Origin: an uncultured Hormoscilla sp.
Lineage (GTDB): Bacteria; Cyanobacteriota; Cyanobacteriia; Cyanobacteriales; Desertifilaceae
Length of the DNA stretch: 64,000 nt
Reading direction: 5' to 3'
Assembly (NCBI GenBank): GCA_963921275.4
Contig: OZ001293.3
Location: 5,088,001-5,152,000 of the forward strand
The notes under the pieces are model-generated. The model was not told where the DNA came from and ran no database searches. It was given only the letters and a program-made list of their open reading frames with translations. Of the stretch, positions 63,422-64,000 are shown piece by piece. The translations under genes and the position numbers were made by a program. Position 1 is the first letter of the stretch. Every line of letters begins with the position of its first letter.

Positions 63422-64000
63422 AGTCGGGGTCGAGCCTATTGTCGCCTCCCGACCCTCCCTTTCGGAACCGTGCATGCGACTGGAGCCGCACACGGCTACT
63501 GGGTAGATAGCCCTTGTCCTGGGTAGAATTACTCAGGATTACTCCCTTTGTTCCTTTCCTCATGCAATGGAACCCCTTATGGTTAGTCTCAGACTAGATA
63601 AATGCCTAACTCCGGAAGGTTCGCGGAGGCTAACAAGAAAACCCTTCATTATCCGCTCTTTACTCACGTTCACCTACTTAGCTAGGCTTCTCGACGTTTT
63701 TACCCGGTTAGGTCTTTAGTCCAACATTATCTACCTTGGATTTCTCCTGGTTTAGAACATTAAGGCTACTTTTTCCCAAAGATTCTATCTATCACCGACC
63801 CACGTCAGCATATCCATAGGAGTTACCCTAGGCATTGGCTTCTTGGGCCATCTCTCCCCTCGTGGCTTACGCCTTACATCTAACTTGTCCAAATGAGGAC
63901 AGCACACGAGAGGTTACTTCGTTCCCTGATATCATTTCATGCGAGGCTTTTAGGTCTCCCCTATACACCGGCAGTCATTTCGGGTACGATATCAGTGAGT
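63422..64000 (-). mobile_element. ORF-less group II intron, 3' part (5' end outside window), inside the IS701 transposase
   Basis: Domain V TAGCCGTGTGCGGCTCCAGTCGCATGCACGGTTC; end CTCGACCCCGACT; domain I blocks shared with the other copies. Confidence 0.88.

Overview
Cyanobacterial chromosome window. Evidence: dense HIP1 GCGATCGC, ado-aar-accA-folE, NTRC, FtsH, deoC-recO, sqdB-sqdX. It is probably from a filamentous species with a decaying, mobile-element-rich genome (inference). Housekeeping blocks are intact. Accessory blocks are largely pseudogenised: two defence-like loci (NERD/UvrD helicase + PtuA/PtuB-like pair, and an AAA/DUF3696 ATPase + PLD-like partner) and a pilin-glycosylation locus. 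A stack of nested IS elements (IS5, IS4, IS982 x2, IS1, ISL3) fills 50-60 kb, with an IS701 remnant near the window end. The window also holds one group II intron whose RT carries a single nonsense codon, a second decayed intron RT, and five ORF-less group II introns with re-programmed EBS1 loops and an apparent 1-nt 3' extension. Most notable unexplained structure: (i) a family of 15-nt mini-hairpin insertions (TTTTT-CCG-GAA-CGG-T and covarying variants) that land mostly at CGA^G with no target duplication, often in frame inside genes; (ii) two related tandem arrays (89 nt x8 and about 104 nt x4), whose units carry a HIP1-like site and usually an extended -10 box, each sitting upstream of one decayed defence locus. 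No CRISPR array, tRNA or rRNA was seen. All calls were made by eye, without database searches.
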